Positions 1 through 9,976 of a stretch of DNA of 36,697 nucleotides are shown in pieces. The notes beneath the pieces are model-generated. The model had not been told where the DNA came from and ran no database searches. It worked only from the letters and a program-made list of their open reading frames with translations. The translations under genes and the position numbers were made by a program. How positions within the stretch are numbered: position 1 is the stretch's first letter; each line of letters starts with the position of its first letter. The stretch is from Acidimicrobiales bacterium. Its GTDB lineage: Bacteria; Actinomycetota; Acidimicrobiia; Acidimicrobiales; RAAP-2. The stretch lies in contig DATCCR010000245.1 of the NCBI GenBank assembly GCA_036511155.1, forward strand, positions 1 through 36,697. Reading direction: 5' to 3'.

Positions 1-239
1 CCGGTCAGGAGGGTCTCACCGGGACCGTGGGTCATGGTGGCCGGGTTGCCCTGGGGGGCGCCGGCGGGCGCGATGGCGGTGCCGGTGGCCGGCGTGGTGG
101 CCGTGCTCGACGAGCCGGAGGTGGCGGTGGTCGACGAGCCGGTGGCAGCCGAGGCGATGCCGGCGGCGCCGAGCATGGTGCCGGTGGCCAGGGCGCCGGT
201 GACGAGGACCCGTCGGAAGTGCTTCGGATTGCGGGACAT
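1..239 (-). CDS. secreted protein, N-terminal fragment (gene runs off the left edge)
   Basis: The minus-strand ATG at 239-237 has GAAGGAG about 7 nt upstream. My translation is MSRNPKHFRRVLVTGALATGTMLGAAGIASAATGSSTTATSGSSS..., giving an RR n-region, a hydrophobic core and an ASA cleavage-like site, then a Ser/Thr/Ala linker. It is absent from the ORF track because the window edge truncates it. Confidence 0.55.
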   Translation of the reverse strand, partial: MSRNPKHFRRVLVTGALATGTMLGAAGIASAATGSSTTATSGSSSTATTPATGTAIAPAGAPQGNPATMTHGPGETLLT

Positions 240-441
240 GGACTGCTCCTTCGTGTCGTGTCCTCGGGACGTTCCCGGGAACGACCCCACTGTGCGGGGG
301 CGGCGTGGGGACCCCCTTGGCCCTACCTGTGCCTCCGCCGTGGATCCGGGTCCGGGATGTCGGGCCGCGACTCGGGCGACACGGATCGGGGTCCGACCGG
401 GATTGCTAGGGTTTCCCCATCTCGTTTCGGGGGAGGAACCC

Positions 442-1476
442 ATGAAGGACATGAAGATCGGCATGCAGCTGGGGTACTGGGGTTCCGGGCCGCCTCCCAA
501 CGCCGTCGAACTGGTGGCCGAGGCCGAGCGCCTGGGCTACGACTCGATCTGGACCGCCGAGGCCTACGGCTCGGACGCCCTCACCCCGCTGGCCTGGTGG
601 GGCTCGCGGACGGAGCGGGTCCGCCTCGGCACGGCCCTGTGCCAGCTGTCCGCCCGCACGCCGACGGCCATGGGCATGGCCGCGCTCACCATGGACCACC
701 TCTCGGGCGGCCGGTTCGTCCTCGGGCTCGGCGTGTCCGGCCCCCAGGTCGTCGAGGGCTGGTACGGGCAGTCGTTCGAGAAGCCGTTGGCCCGCACCCG
801 CGACTACATCGACATCGTCCGCCAGGTCATCGCCCGCGAAGACGTCGTCACCAATGAAGGCCCCCACTACCCGCTCCCCTACCCGGGCGGCACCGGGCTC
901 GGCAAGGCGCTGAAGCCCATCACCCACCCGCTCCGCAACGAGATCCCGATCATCATGGGCGCCGAGGGCCCGAAGAACATCGCCCTCGCCGCGGAAATTG
1001 CCGAGGGTTGGTTCCCCATCTTCTTCTCACCCGGAGCGGTCGACGCCTACCAGCCGTTCCTCGACGAGGGCTTCGCCCGCGAGGGCGCCCGCCACACCGC
1101 CGAGGACTTCGAGGTCATCGCCTTTGCCGCCACCATCGTGGCCGACGACGTCGAGACGGCCGCCGACTTCATGCGCCCCATGCTGGCCCTCTACATCGGC
1201 GGCATGGGCGCCAAGACCATGAACTTCCACTTCGACGTCTTCTCCCGGATGGGCTACGAGGCCGAGGCCACCAAGATCCAGGAGCTCTTCCTCGAGGGAC
1301 GCAAGGACGAGGCGGCGGCGGCCGTCCCGACCAAGCTGGTCGAGGACACCGCCCTCATCGGCCCCAAGGAGAAGATCCGCGACGACATCGAGCGCTGGCG
1401 CGAGTCGATCGCCACCACCCTGCTGGTCTCGGGCGACGTCAAGACGCTCCAGACCATCGCCGAGCTGGCGCTCTAG
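442..1476 (+). CDS. LLM-class (luciferase-like) F420-dependent oxidoreductase
   Basis: This is part of ORF 34..1476. I place the start at ATG 442, with GGGAGGA 4 nt upstream (MKDMKIGMQLGYWGSG...). Family-typical blocks are AEAYGSDALTPLAWW, LSGGRFVLGLGVSGPQVVEGWYG, GAEGPKNIALAAEIAEGW and YIGGMGAKTMNFH. The 136 upstream codons are Gly/Ala/Arg-rich filler. Confidence 0.85.
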   Translation: MKDMKIGMQLGYWGSGPPPNAVELVAEAERLGYDSIWTAEAYGSDALTPLAWWGSRTERVRLGTALCQLSARTPTAMGMAALTMDHLSGGRFVLGLGVSGPQVVEGWYGQSFEKPLARTRDYIDIVRQVIAREDVVTNEGPHYPLPYPGGTGLGKALKPITHPLRNEIPIIMGAEGPKNIALAAEIAEGWFPIFFSPGAVDAYQPFLDEGFAREGARHTAEDFEVIAFAATIVADDVETAADFMRPMLALYIGGMGAKTMNFHFDVFSRMGYEAEATKIQELFLEGRKDEAAAAVPTKLVEDTALIGPKEKIRDDIERWRESIATTLLVSGDVKTLQTIAELAL

Positions 1477-1637
1477 CCCCGGCGGCGACGGTTCCGGGCC
1501 CTGCGGGACCCGGCCTGCCGCGGCATTTCCCCTGGTCAGACACACCCCGGTGTGGATCCGAGCGGGGAACCGCTCCGCTGGCTACCGTAAACAGCTGTAG
1601 CGGCGGCTGAATGCGATAGCGAACGCAGGTCCGAAGT

Positions 1638-2600
1638 ATGGGGGACATGAAAACGAGGGGATGTCGTCGCAGGCCATTGTCGGGTGCGGCCGCGTCCCTG
1701 GTGCTGGCCGCCGTGCTGGGCGCCGCAGCGATGGGAGCTGCTCCGGCCGGTGCCGCTCGGGCCAGCACCCACCCATCTGCCGGCGTGCGACCCGCCACTT
1801 CCCCCCGATGGTGGGTCCCCTCGCTCGGCAGCCAACCCTGGCAGTGGGAGCTCAGCAAGCCGCTCGACCTGTCGAAGCCCAAGACGATGGGCACGAACGG
1901 CAAGCTGCCCGACGGGAGCCCCGCTCCGGCGCCGGTCATCTACGACATCGACGGGATCATCAACCCCGCCTCGACGGTCAGCGCCCTCCACGCCTTGGGC
2001 AAGCACGTCGTCTGCTACGTCGAGGTCGGAGCGATCGGGAACTACTACTCCGCCGCCGACGAGGGGATCGCCACCTCGTACTACGACCAGCTCGTGGCTG
2101 CCGGCGAGGTCGGCTCCAGCGTGCCCGGCTGGCCCGAGCACTACATCGACATCCGCTCGCCGGCCACCGTGGCCATCATCGAGTCGATGATCCACGACCA
2201 GTGCGTGGCCAAGGGCTTCGATGCCGTGGAGACCGACATCGACGAGTCCTACCACTCGGCCAACGGGTTCGGTCTGACGCAGGCCGACGAGGAGCAGTTC
2301 ATGGCCACGCTGGCCGGCTACATGCACGGGCACGGCCTGGGCTGGTGGATCAAGAACCCCGACGACACCGGTGACAACTACGCCGCCGACATGCAGCCGC
2401 TGGCCGACGCCGTGCTGACCGAGCAGTGCAACCAGTACTCGTCGTGCAATCTGCTGAACTCCTACTTCGGCGCCAAGGCCGTCTTCAACGCGGAGTACCA
2501 CGTACGACCCAAGGCGTTCTGCGCCCACGACGCCGCGCTGGGCATCAACGGGGCCCAGTTCAACCTCAACCTGACCGGGGTGCGGAAGCCCTGCGCGTAG
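1638..2600 (+). CDS. secreted glycoside hydrolase, GH114-like (endo-alpha-1,4-polygalactosaminidase family TIM barrel)
   Basis: This is ORF 1638..2600. It has an N-terminal signal (RRRPLSGAAASLVLAAVLGAAAMGAAPAGAARA). The blocks WQWELS, VIYDIDG, HVVCYVEVGA, GWPEHYIDIR, KGFDAVETDIDESY, GFGLTQADE, GLGWWIKN, LTEQCNQYSSC and KAVFNAEY follow the GH114 pattern as I remember it. The overlapping minus ORF 1536..2660 is a shadow ORF. Confidence 0.75.
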   Translation: MGDMKTRGCRRRPLSGAAASLVLAAVLGAAAMGAAPAGAARASTHPSAGVRPATSPRWWVPSLGSQPWQWELSKPLDLSKPKTMGTNGKLPDGSPAPAPVIYDIDGIINPASTVSALHALGKHVVCYVEVGAIGNYYSAADEGIATSYYDQLVAAGEVGSSVPGWPEHYIDIRSPATVAIIESMIHDQCVAKGFDAVETDIDESYHSANGFGLTQADEEQFMATLAGYMHGHGLGWWIKNPDDTGDNYAADMQPLADAVLTEQCNQYSSCNLLNSYFGAKAVFNAEYHVRPKAFCAHDAALGINGAQFNLNLTGVRKPCA

Positions 2601-2683
2601 TTCGATTCGGCCTCGCATAACCGGTGTTAGAGGGCAGTCAGCGATCAAAGTCGTTCTCATCGCTCAACCCATGCTTCGAGTGG

Positions 2684-3028
2684 TCAACCGAGGCAGAATT
2701 CGTTGCCCTCAGGGTCGTGCATCACGGTCCAACTGGCACCATTTCCCTCGCATCGTTCGAACCGCGTGGCGCCAAGATTGACAAGGCGCTCGATCTCCGC
2801 ATCGCCGTTCTTGGACGCTAGGTCAACATGCATCCGGTTCTTCGACGTCTTGGGCTCTGGGACCTTCCAGAAGAGGATTCCGCGCACCCCACGTTCATCG
2901 GGTGCTGCCAGTGCTGCAAAGTCGTCTCGGACCTCGACCGGCACGTAGCCTGTGACCTCCGACCAGAACTGTGAGAGCCCGATCGGATCAACGCAATCGA
3001 AGGTCACGAACTTGATGAACGAAGCCAC
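2684..3028 (-). CDS. VOC family (glyoxalase-like domain) protein
   Basis: This lies in ORF 2684..3115. I prefer GTG 3028 as the start (GGGAGA 9 nt upstream), which gives (M)ASFIKFVTFDCVDP... as in family members. Further matching blocks are FWKVPEPKTSKNRMHVDL, ERLVNLGAT and VMHDPEGNEFCLG. The ATG at 3115 is an alternative start. Confidence 0.8.
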   Translation of the reverse strand: MASFIKFVTFDCVDPIGLSQFWSEVTGYVPVEVRDDFAALAAPDERGVRGILFWKVPEPKTSKNRMHVDLASKNGDAEIERLVNLGATRFERCEGNGASWTVMHDPEGNEFCLG

Positions 3029-3136
3029 GAATCCCAGTCTCCCACGCCGCAAGTGGACGCCAACATAATTCGAGCCTGAGTATGTTCGCTTGGCGCAAGC
3101 GTGGTGGCGTCTCACAGAGCCGGTGTTCGGGGACGG

Positions 3137-3559
3137 TCAGAGATGGCGAGCGAATAGCTCCCTTGCGGTGGCGGCTGCCACATCCATCTGTGCTCCCGGT
3201 TCAGTTGTCACCCATCCGGTGCAACTCCATTCGTCGGACGATCCGTCATGCTTGTTGAGCGTCACCACCGTGCGCACGTGGCCGTAACCATCATGCCGTG
3301 ACGACAAAGAGAGATCCTTTTCGAGTGACACGTACTCCTTCGTGCCGTCCCATCCCTTCCAGCTCGCGGCAAGGTCACCGAGGTAAGCGATGAGTTCGTC
3401 CATGCAGGTTGCGTAGTGGGCGCTAATGCGCTTCACCGCCCTAAGTCCGTCTAGTTCGAGCGTGGCTCGTAGGTACCAAAGTTCCCCGTCGTCGCCTCGC
3501 TGCGGCTCGTCGAGAATGAGCATCGCACCACCTGCCGAACCCAGCTGTACGGACTCCAT
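3137..3559 (-). CDS. hypothetical protein (small actinobacterial immunity-like family; I recall it as DUF6228-like, unverified)
   Basis: ORF 3137..3559 has balanced composition. The motifs LAASWKGWDGTKEYVSLEKDLSLSSRHDGYGHV and WSCTGWV resemble a family I recall from Streptomyces. It lies in the lower-GC island. Confidence 0.6.
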   Translation of the reverse strand: MESVQLGSAGGAMLILDEPQRGDDGELWYLRATLELDGLRAVKRISAHYATCMDELIAYLGDLAASWKGWDGTKEYVSLEKDLSLSSRHDGYGHVRTVVTLNKHDGSSDEWSCTGWVTTEPGAQMDVAAATARELFARHL

Positions 3560-3640
3560 CCACCGATCTTGCCATTACCGAGCAATGGCGGCTCAGGATA
3601 GTTACATGGTCACAGTCCCGGTGTTTGGGGGCACGCGATC

Positions 3641-3646
3641 TACGCT
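3641..3646 (+). promoter_or_regulatory. candidate -10 hexamer (TACGCT, TANNNT type) exactly 6 nt upstream of ATG 3653, the geometry of a leaderless mRNA
   Basis: Read directly from the sequence: TACGCT at 3641-3646, a 6-nt spacer, then ATG 3653. No Shine-Dalgarno sequence precedes this ATG. Confidence 0.35.
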
Positions 3647-3652
3647 TCGACG

Positions 3653-3898
3653 ATGGAATCAGAAGTTGTGACGGGCACGGTAAAGTTCTTCAACGCCGAG
3701 AAGGGCTGGGGTGGCATCGAGGCCGGGGCTGCGCCTGGAGATGTGTGGGTTCACATGGCGGTGATCGAAATGCCGGGCTTCCATGTCCTCAGTGCTGGTC
3801 AAGAGGTTGAGTTCCGCTACGAAGCTGCGCAACAGGACAGCTGGAGGTATCGGGCGACATGGGTTCGGCCGATTGCGGCGGAATCCCAGGTTGAATAG
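3653..3898 (+). CDS. cold-shock-domain (CSD) protein, atypical
   Basis: This is ORF 3653..3898. GTVKFFNAEKGWGGI and DVWVHMAVIE..GFHVLSAGQEVEF form a CspA-like OB fold with RNP1-like and RNP2-like motifs. The C-terminal part (YEAAQQDSWRYRATWVRP) is non-canonical. GTG 3668 is an alternative start. Confidence 0.75.
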   Translation: MESEVVTGTVKFFNAEKGWGGIEAGAAPGDVWVHMAVIEMPGFHVLSAGQEVEFRYEAAQQDSWRYRATWVRPIAAESQVE

Positions 3899-3943
3899 CA
3901 GAGTCGCCGGCTGGCTGGCCGAGCCGGCCATCTGGGGCAGGGG

Positions 3944-4204
3944 TCAGGATTCCGTCAGCTCGACGACGAGTGACGCAGACTCGCGTGAAAGGTCAACTCC
4001 GGGGTCCAAGTGAACATGGGACCCCGCCTGAGCATTGGCCACAGCCAGGCACCATCGGGCGAGGTCTCGAAGGCCGGCAGGATCGCCGCTGACCACCACC
4101 CCACTGCCATCGACGGCGACGGCAAGTTCACCACCCTCGGACGAACTGACAACGCCCTTGCTGGGGTCGTACTCCGGGACATTGATGGAGGTTTCGGTTC
4201 CCAT
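3944..4204 (-). CDS. Imm32-like immunity protein (short form)
   Basis: This is ORF 3944..4204. The C-terminal pattern GDPAGLRDLARWCLAVA...GSHVHLDPGVDL..ESASLVVEL matches the HxHLDPG....S.LVV signature I associate with Imm32 family proteins. The call is from recollection only. Confidence 0.5.
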   Translation of the reverse strand: MGTETSINVPEYDPSKGVVSSSEGGELAVAVDGSGVVVSGDPAGLRDLARWCLAVANAQAGSHVHLDPGVDLSRESASLVVELTES

Positions 4205-4256
4205 CTCCCCAGCCTCTCATCAGCCGGGCAGCGCCCCCCGGACCCGGCGTTGTGGG

Positions 4257-4634
4257 CTACCCCGCATTACCTTCACAGTTCGGATCTTCGAGCCTGCGCA
4301 TGGTCCGGGCCAGCTTCCATTCAGCACCTTGAGCCAGGCGATGCTGAGCGCCCAGATGGTCGGTTCGACGGGCCAGCACATTCTCACGAAGTGGCAGAGC
4401 GTGAGCGAAGCGACCGACCGCCTCCATCTGGTTGGCAATCATTTCCATCAGATTGACCGACCTCCACGAATCAGCCTTTCCTCCTCGGACCCGCCTGTCG
4501 AGCTTCGCCTGGAGTCGTGCAACGCCTTCGTCGGGATTCCCTACGATGCGTGGATACATCCGCTCCAGGCGGTCGGTCACGCCTCCAGTCCAGCGAGGTG
4601 GCGCAATCCATCGCTTCTCACCCTCGGCAGCCAT
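4257..4634 (-). CDS. hypothetical helical protein
   Basis: This lies in ORF 4257..4751. I place the start at ATG 4634 (GGAAGA upstream), giving MAAEGEKRWIAPPRW.... It sits directly upstream of the Imm32-like gene on the same strand. I recognise no family. Confidence 0.45.
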   Translation of the reverse strand: MAAEGEKRWIAPPRWTGGVTDRLERMYPRIVGNPDEGVARLQAKLDRRVRGGKADSWRSVNLMEMIANQMEAVGRFAHALPLRENVLARRTDHLGAQHRLAQGAEWKLARTMRRLEDPNCEGNAG

Positions 4635-4714
4635 TCTTCCAGCGTACGGTCTGCCGATCGTTGGCGTGCTGAGGCGGCGTGCCGTCCCCCGCACCCGGTG
4701 ATCTGGGGCACCCT

Positions 4715-4720
4715 TAGGAT
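4715..4720 (+). promoter_or_regulatory. candidate -10 hexamer (TAGGAT) exactly 6 nt upstream of GTG 4727, leaderless geometry
   Basis: TAGGAT lies at 4715-4720, followed by a 6-nt spacer and GTG 4727. This is the same arrangement as at 3641-3653. Confidence 0.3.
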
Positions 4721-4726
4721 CCAGGC

Positions 4727-5155
4727 GTGAGATCGAGACGCTCGTTGCCACCTTCCGACGAGTCGTACCACGTTGGGGACAAAGTCCTAGTCACTGGCGG
4801 TTACGACCAGGACGCCGAGTGGCTTCGAGGCGGGGCTGGATACAGCGGGACAATCAGGGATATCTCTGGCAAGCGGGCTGTTCTTGAACTCTCTGACGAG
4901 ATAGTTCTGACAACCAGTCGGAGCGATGGTTGGCCCGACTTCGGTGACGGTAGTCAATCGGAGATAGCGCGCGTCCCTGTTGCACGGGGTAGATGGCTTG
5001 TTCTGACACTTGCGTACGTCGGGGCAGAGTGGCGTAATCCAATCGCTCGGATACACGTCAACCTATGTGCGCAGCATCCCGACCTCAATCAGGTGCCGCC
5101 CGGCGGCGGAGTCGGGGCTTGGGTGGAATCTCATGCAACCCTTCGCCAAGGCTAG
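4727..5155 (+). CDS. hypothetical protein
   Basis: ORF 4727..5155 starts at a GTG and has protein-like composition (YHVGDKVLVTGGYDQDAEWLRGGAGYSGTIRDISGKRAVLELSDEIVL...). I recognise no family. Confidence 0.5.
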   Translation: MRSRRSLPPSDESYHVGDKVLVTGGYDQDAEWLRGGAGYSGTIRDISGKRAVLELSDEIVLTTSRSDGWPDFGDGSQSEIARVPVARGRWLVLTLAYVGAEWRNPIARIHVNLCAQHPDLNQVPPGGGVGAWVESHATLRQG

Positions 5156-5163
5156 GTAAAGAT

Positions 5164-5192
5164 GGTGCCCCCACCCGGTGTTCTGGGGCACC
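5164..5192 (+). terminator. hairpin 9 nt after the stop of the 4727..5155 gene
   Basis: GGTGCCCC (5164-5171) pairs with GGGGCACC (5185-5192), a perfect 8-bp stem with a 13-nt loop. There is no U-tract. The hairpin contains copy 3 of the 18-nt motif. Confidence 0.3.
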
Positions 5193-5373
5193 CCTTCCCG
5201 TGGACCGAAGCCCACTATCGGGTGCGCGCAATTGCGGGTCAGCTCCATAGTGCAATCGGATCGACCCGCGGGTTTCCATCGTCAATCTCCTTCAACGAGG
5301 ACAAGACGCCCGATGTCATCGCTATCGTTGGGCAAGTCCAGGCGGCCGGACGATCCGACAGAAGCGAGGCTCC

Positions 5374-5775
5374 ATGGCAGACGACCAAGAGTGGGAACCA
5401 GTCGAGATCGGAGGAAGGTCGGCAATCTCCAGTTCCCATGGGCGCGTCACCATCCAGTGGCGCCTTGTCGGTGGCTTCACTCGAGAGTGGGCATGGTGCT
5501 TCCGACCATCTGGCTCGAAGAAGGGATCGCCGGCATTCGTGACAGGAAGTGGAGATCCCCACGTGGACATGACGGAGATGGTGACCTGGCAGGTGCCCGA
5601 AGGTGATATTGCCGGTGCGGACTCCTTCGTAAGGAGCTCAGTCGAAGCCACCAACGACGCATACCGGCTTCAGCTCGTCAGACAGGGACAAGCGGAGTCG
5701 GAGCGCAGGGCGAGGGAGAAGGCTGAAGCGGAGCATCTCGCCGACCTGCAACGCAAGCTCGATGAGCTCGACTGA
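5374..5775 (+). CDS. hypothetical protein with C-terminal coiled coil
   Basis: ORF 5374..5775 has balanced composition and a charged helical tail (QAESERRAREKAEAEHLADLQRKLDELD). Confidence 0.5.
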   Translation: MADDQEWEPVEIGGRSAISSSHGRVTIQWRLVGGFTREWAWCFRPSGSKKGSPAFVTGSGDPHVDMTEMVTWQVPEGDIAGADSFVRSSVEATNDAYRLQLVRQGQAESERRAREKAEAEHLADLQRKLDELD

Positions 5776-5830
5776 CTTTCTGTCGGGCTGATCCCACGAG
5801 TGCCGCACCGACCCGGCGTTCGGTGACACC

Positions 5831-5983
5831 TCAGTAGGCGGCGCCGATTGCCAGGAGCAGGGCAGTGGGAAGCCCAACAGCAAGGGCAACCATGCCTGCA
5901 CGCAGCAGCGTTGAAGACCGATCCCGATCTTGTCTGAGGGAGATGACCACCCACATGACAACGGAAGCAAACGTGAGGGCCAT
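5831..5983 (-). CDS. possible 50-aa two-helix membrane peptide
   Basis: My own translation, below the ORF-track size cut-off: MALTFASVVMWVVISLRQDRDRSSTLLRAGMVALAVGLPTALLLAIGAAY. It shows two hydrophobic helices separated by a charged loop. The RBS is weak. Confidence 0.3.
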   Translation of the reverse strand: MALTFASVVMWVVISLRQDRDRSSTLLRAGMVALAVGLPTALLLAIGAAY

Positions 5984-6075
5984 GTCCCAGTTTTGTCGTC
6001 CCCGACGATTCCACGTAAGTCCTGCTCAAAGTACCCGGATGACATTCCCGTTTTGGGCACCTAGAGGCTCCACCC

Positions 6076-6987
6076 CTAGGTGGAGGCACCGGCACGGAGC
6101 TGCGGGAGGAGCGCTCTGACCGTGTTCGAGGGGACTGCGAAGCCGATGTTCTGGGCGGTGGTGGATCCCGACGAGGCGGCGACCGCCGTGTTGATTCCCA
6201 CGACTTGACCCGACGCGGTCACGAGTGGTCCACCCGAGTTGCCGGAGCTGATAGCGGCGTCGGTCTGCAGCATGTCAGTCAATACGGTGCTCGCACCGCC
6301 TGCCGTCTTGGTCGCCATCTGACGGCCCTTCGCCGAGATGATCCCCTCGGTCACGGTGGGGCCGCCCGAAAGCGCGAGCGCATAGCCAATGGCGAGGACG
6401 TTGTCGCCGACCAAGGTCGAGTCAGAGTTGGCGAAGTCGGCCTGGACGAGGTTCTCCACGCCCTCGATTTTCAGCAGCGCCAGGTCGCGTTGGGGAGACG
6501 CGCCGAGGATGGTTGCCGTGTACTTGGAGGCTGAGTCGTTCAGTGTGACCGTGATAGAGGTGGCACCGCTGACGACATGGTCGTTGGTGACCACCTCACC
6601 GTTGGAGGTGACGATGACCCCTGTTCCCACCGCCGTTACCAATCTGCCGGTGCCGCCAACACCGAAGAACGGAGACGGCTGGGTGGAGGAAGCGGAGATG
6701 GAGACCACGCTCGGCAGCACTCTGTGCAGAACACCTTGGACATCGGTAGCTCGGGTTCCATTGCTGCGGTCGATCACGGTGGTTCGCTGGACGACGGTCT
6801 CTCGGCCCCAGCCGGTCAGCCGGGCCACGCTCAGCGCCGCCGTCGCACCCACCAGGGCGGCCATAATCACCAATGCGACCCCTTGGCGGAAGGTCAAGCG
6901 CCGGGACCTGGACGACTCACCCGCCGACAGCCCGGATACCCGGTGAGGCCCCTCACGATCGGTTGGGTTTGGGCGCACCATTGCCAT
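6076..6987 (-). CDS. trypsin-like serine protease, S1C (HtrA-like catalytic domain, no PDZ seen), membrane-anchored
   Basis: This lies in ORF 6076..7092. I place the start at ATG 6987, with GGAGGG upstream. An N-terminal TM helix is present (GVALVIMAALVGATAALSV). The catalytic triad context is GTGVIVTSNGEVVTNDHVV, RDLALLKI and GNSGGPLV. Confidence 0.85.
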   Translation of the reverse strand: MAMVRPNPTDREGPHRVSGLSAGESSRSRRLTFRQGVALVIMAALVGATAALSVARLTGWGRETVVQRTTVIDRSNGTRATDVQGVLHRVLPSVVSISASSTQPSPFFGVGGTGRLVTAVGTGVIVTSNGEVVTNDHVVSGATSITVTLNDSASKYTATILGASPQRDLALLKIEGVENLVQADFANSDSTLVGDNVLAIGYALALSGGPTVTEGIISAKGRQMATKTAGGASTVLTDMLQTDAAISSGNSGGPLVTASGQVVGINTAVAASSGSTTAQNIGFAVPSNTVRALLPQLRAGAST

Positions 6988-7119
6988 CGAAGACCCTCCA
7001 GGTCCAGACTGGCAGGAGCACTTCGTGGAGGGTAGGGCCTTACGGCACTTGGCCACGCGCCCCGAAGTGCCGTTCGGGGGCAGCCCGGGCAAGTCGACTT
7101 TCCAGCCCGAATTGCCTCT

Positions 7120-8157
7120 CTAGGCTCCTGCATTTGACTCGCCGAACACCTCGGCGTCGGCCTTCTCGGGCTCCATGCCGGCCACGATCTTGGCGCTCAT
7201 CTTGACGGCCTTGACGGCGCTCGTCGCCCCCGTCTGCAGGATGATGGCGACGATCAGCAGGGCCACCGCCAGGTAGCGGAAGGTGTGGGACCCGATCATG
7301 AGGATGGCGATCCGTCCGAGCGCGTAAGGCGGCGAGCAGATGACCACGCCGATCGCCCCGCCCACCGCGGCCGCGCTCAGCTTGTCCCGGCGGGACTGCT
7401 CCGTACGCAGGCCGAGCAGGCGGGCCGGCAGGGCGACGTAGGCGAACATGAGCACGCCGCACATGATCCCCAGGCTGAAGGCGAACCAGAACTGACCCCA
7501 CCGGTCGACCACGATGGCGCTGAACCCGAGCAGGACCCCGATGACGAATCCCGAGGCCAGGATGTCCCGTCGGTGGGCGCGGGCCGTGGCGAACGCCGGG
7601 CGGATCTGGGGCGTCCCCTTCACCGAGATGGCGAAGGCGAACACGGCGTTCAAGAAGAAGCTGGCCGCGGTGATGGCCGCGATCACCAGGATCACCCCGG
7701 TGGCCACCGCCGGGCTCTTCCACTGGTGGAAGCCCTTGCCGTGGAGCACATGGGCCTTCAGGTCGACCATGGCGATCCAGATCCACATGGCCGGGAGGAT
7801 CTGCACGAGGGTGAGGCGCCAGTTGGTGAACAGGGTCTTCACCCCCTGGAAGAGCATGGCGAACCCGCCGACCAGCAGGGCCAGCGGCGCCAACCACCGG
7901 CTCCGGCGGCTGAGAGCGAGGACGGCGGCCTCGACGGTGTCGTCGTCGCCGCGACGGACGGCCTCGACCAGGTTGGTGAAGAGGACGCCGATCTGCCGGC
8001 GACGGTTGCCCCGCTTCTGGGTGCCTCCGGCATCCGGGTCCGGCACGCCTCCGGCACCAGGTTCGGGCGCGCCACCGGGCCCCGGAGGGACGGGCGTCCC
8101 GGCCGGGACGGGCCCCGCCCCCGGCGGTGCCTGGGGCTCGACGTCCATCAGGCCCAC
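7120..8157 (-). CDS. integral membrane protein, unknown function, Pro/Gly-rich N-terminus
   Basis: ORF 7120..8157 has about 6-7 hydrophobic helices ([51 protein letters not shown], ...). ORFs 7040..8170 and 7514..8224 are shadow ORFs. Confidence 0.7.
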   Translation of the reverse strand: MGLMDVEPQAPPGAGPVPAGTPVPPGPGGAPEPGAGGVPDPDAGGTQKRGNRRRQIGVLFTNLVEAVRRGDDDTVEAAVLALSRRSRWLAPLALLVGGFAMLFQGVKTLFTNWRLTLVQILPAMWIWIAMVDLKAHVLHGKGFHQWKSPAVATGVILVIAAITAASFFLNAVFAFAISVKGTPQIRPAFATARAHRRDILASGFVIGVLLGFSAIVVDRWGQFWFAFSLGIMCGVLMFAYVALPARLLGLRTEQSRRDKLSAAAVGGAIGVVICSPPYALGRIAILMIGSHTFRYLAVALLIVAIILQTGATSAVKAVKMSAKIVAGMEPEKADAEVFGESNAGA

Positions 8158-8283
8158 CCCTGGCCGGCACCCCGGATGCGCAGGGACGACGCGACTCGCC
8201 GGCGTCCTACGGGGCTTCCCATGAGGCCAGGCTACCCAACGCCCCGTACCGGTCCCCGCCCTCGGGCTGGCACACTGTCAGGC

Positions 8284-9963
<1,680 letters not shown>

Positions 9964-9976
9964 GCCGGGGCCGCTG

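Noticed and set aside
1536-2660. A long minus-strand ORF (374 aa) opposite the GH114 gene. Similar long antisense or out-of-frame ORFs are 27..857, 7040..8170, 8278..9063, 9121..9930, 10924..12663, 14009..15445, 19705..20454 and 21633..22616.
   Set aside because: These are classic high-GC shadow ORFs with Arg/Gly/Pro/Ala-dominated translations. Each overlaps a gene on the other strand or frame that has clear family motifs.
3617-5191. The 18-nt recurring motif considered as integron attC-like cassette junctions.
   Set aside because: The window contains no integron integrase or attI. The motif is far shorter than an attC site, and only one copy forms a good hairpin. It is kept as a regulatory or repeat observation instead.
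7285-8283. A 333-codon N-terminal extension of the ettA ORF (7285..9963), plus ORF 7514..8224.
   Set aside because: The extension is Arg/Gly/Pro/Asp-rich with no family resemblance. It lies antisense to a convincing multi-TM membrane-protein gene (7120..8157). EttA homologs begin at the MAAQYIFTM-type N-terminus (ATG 8284).
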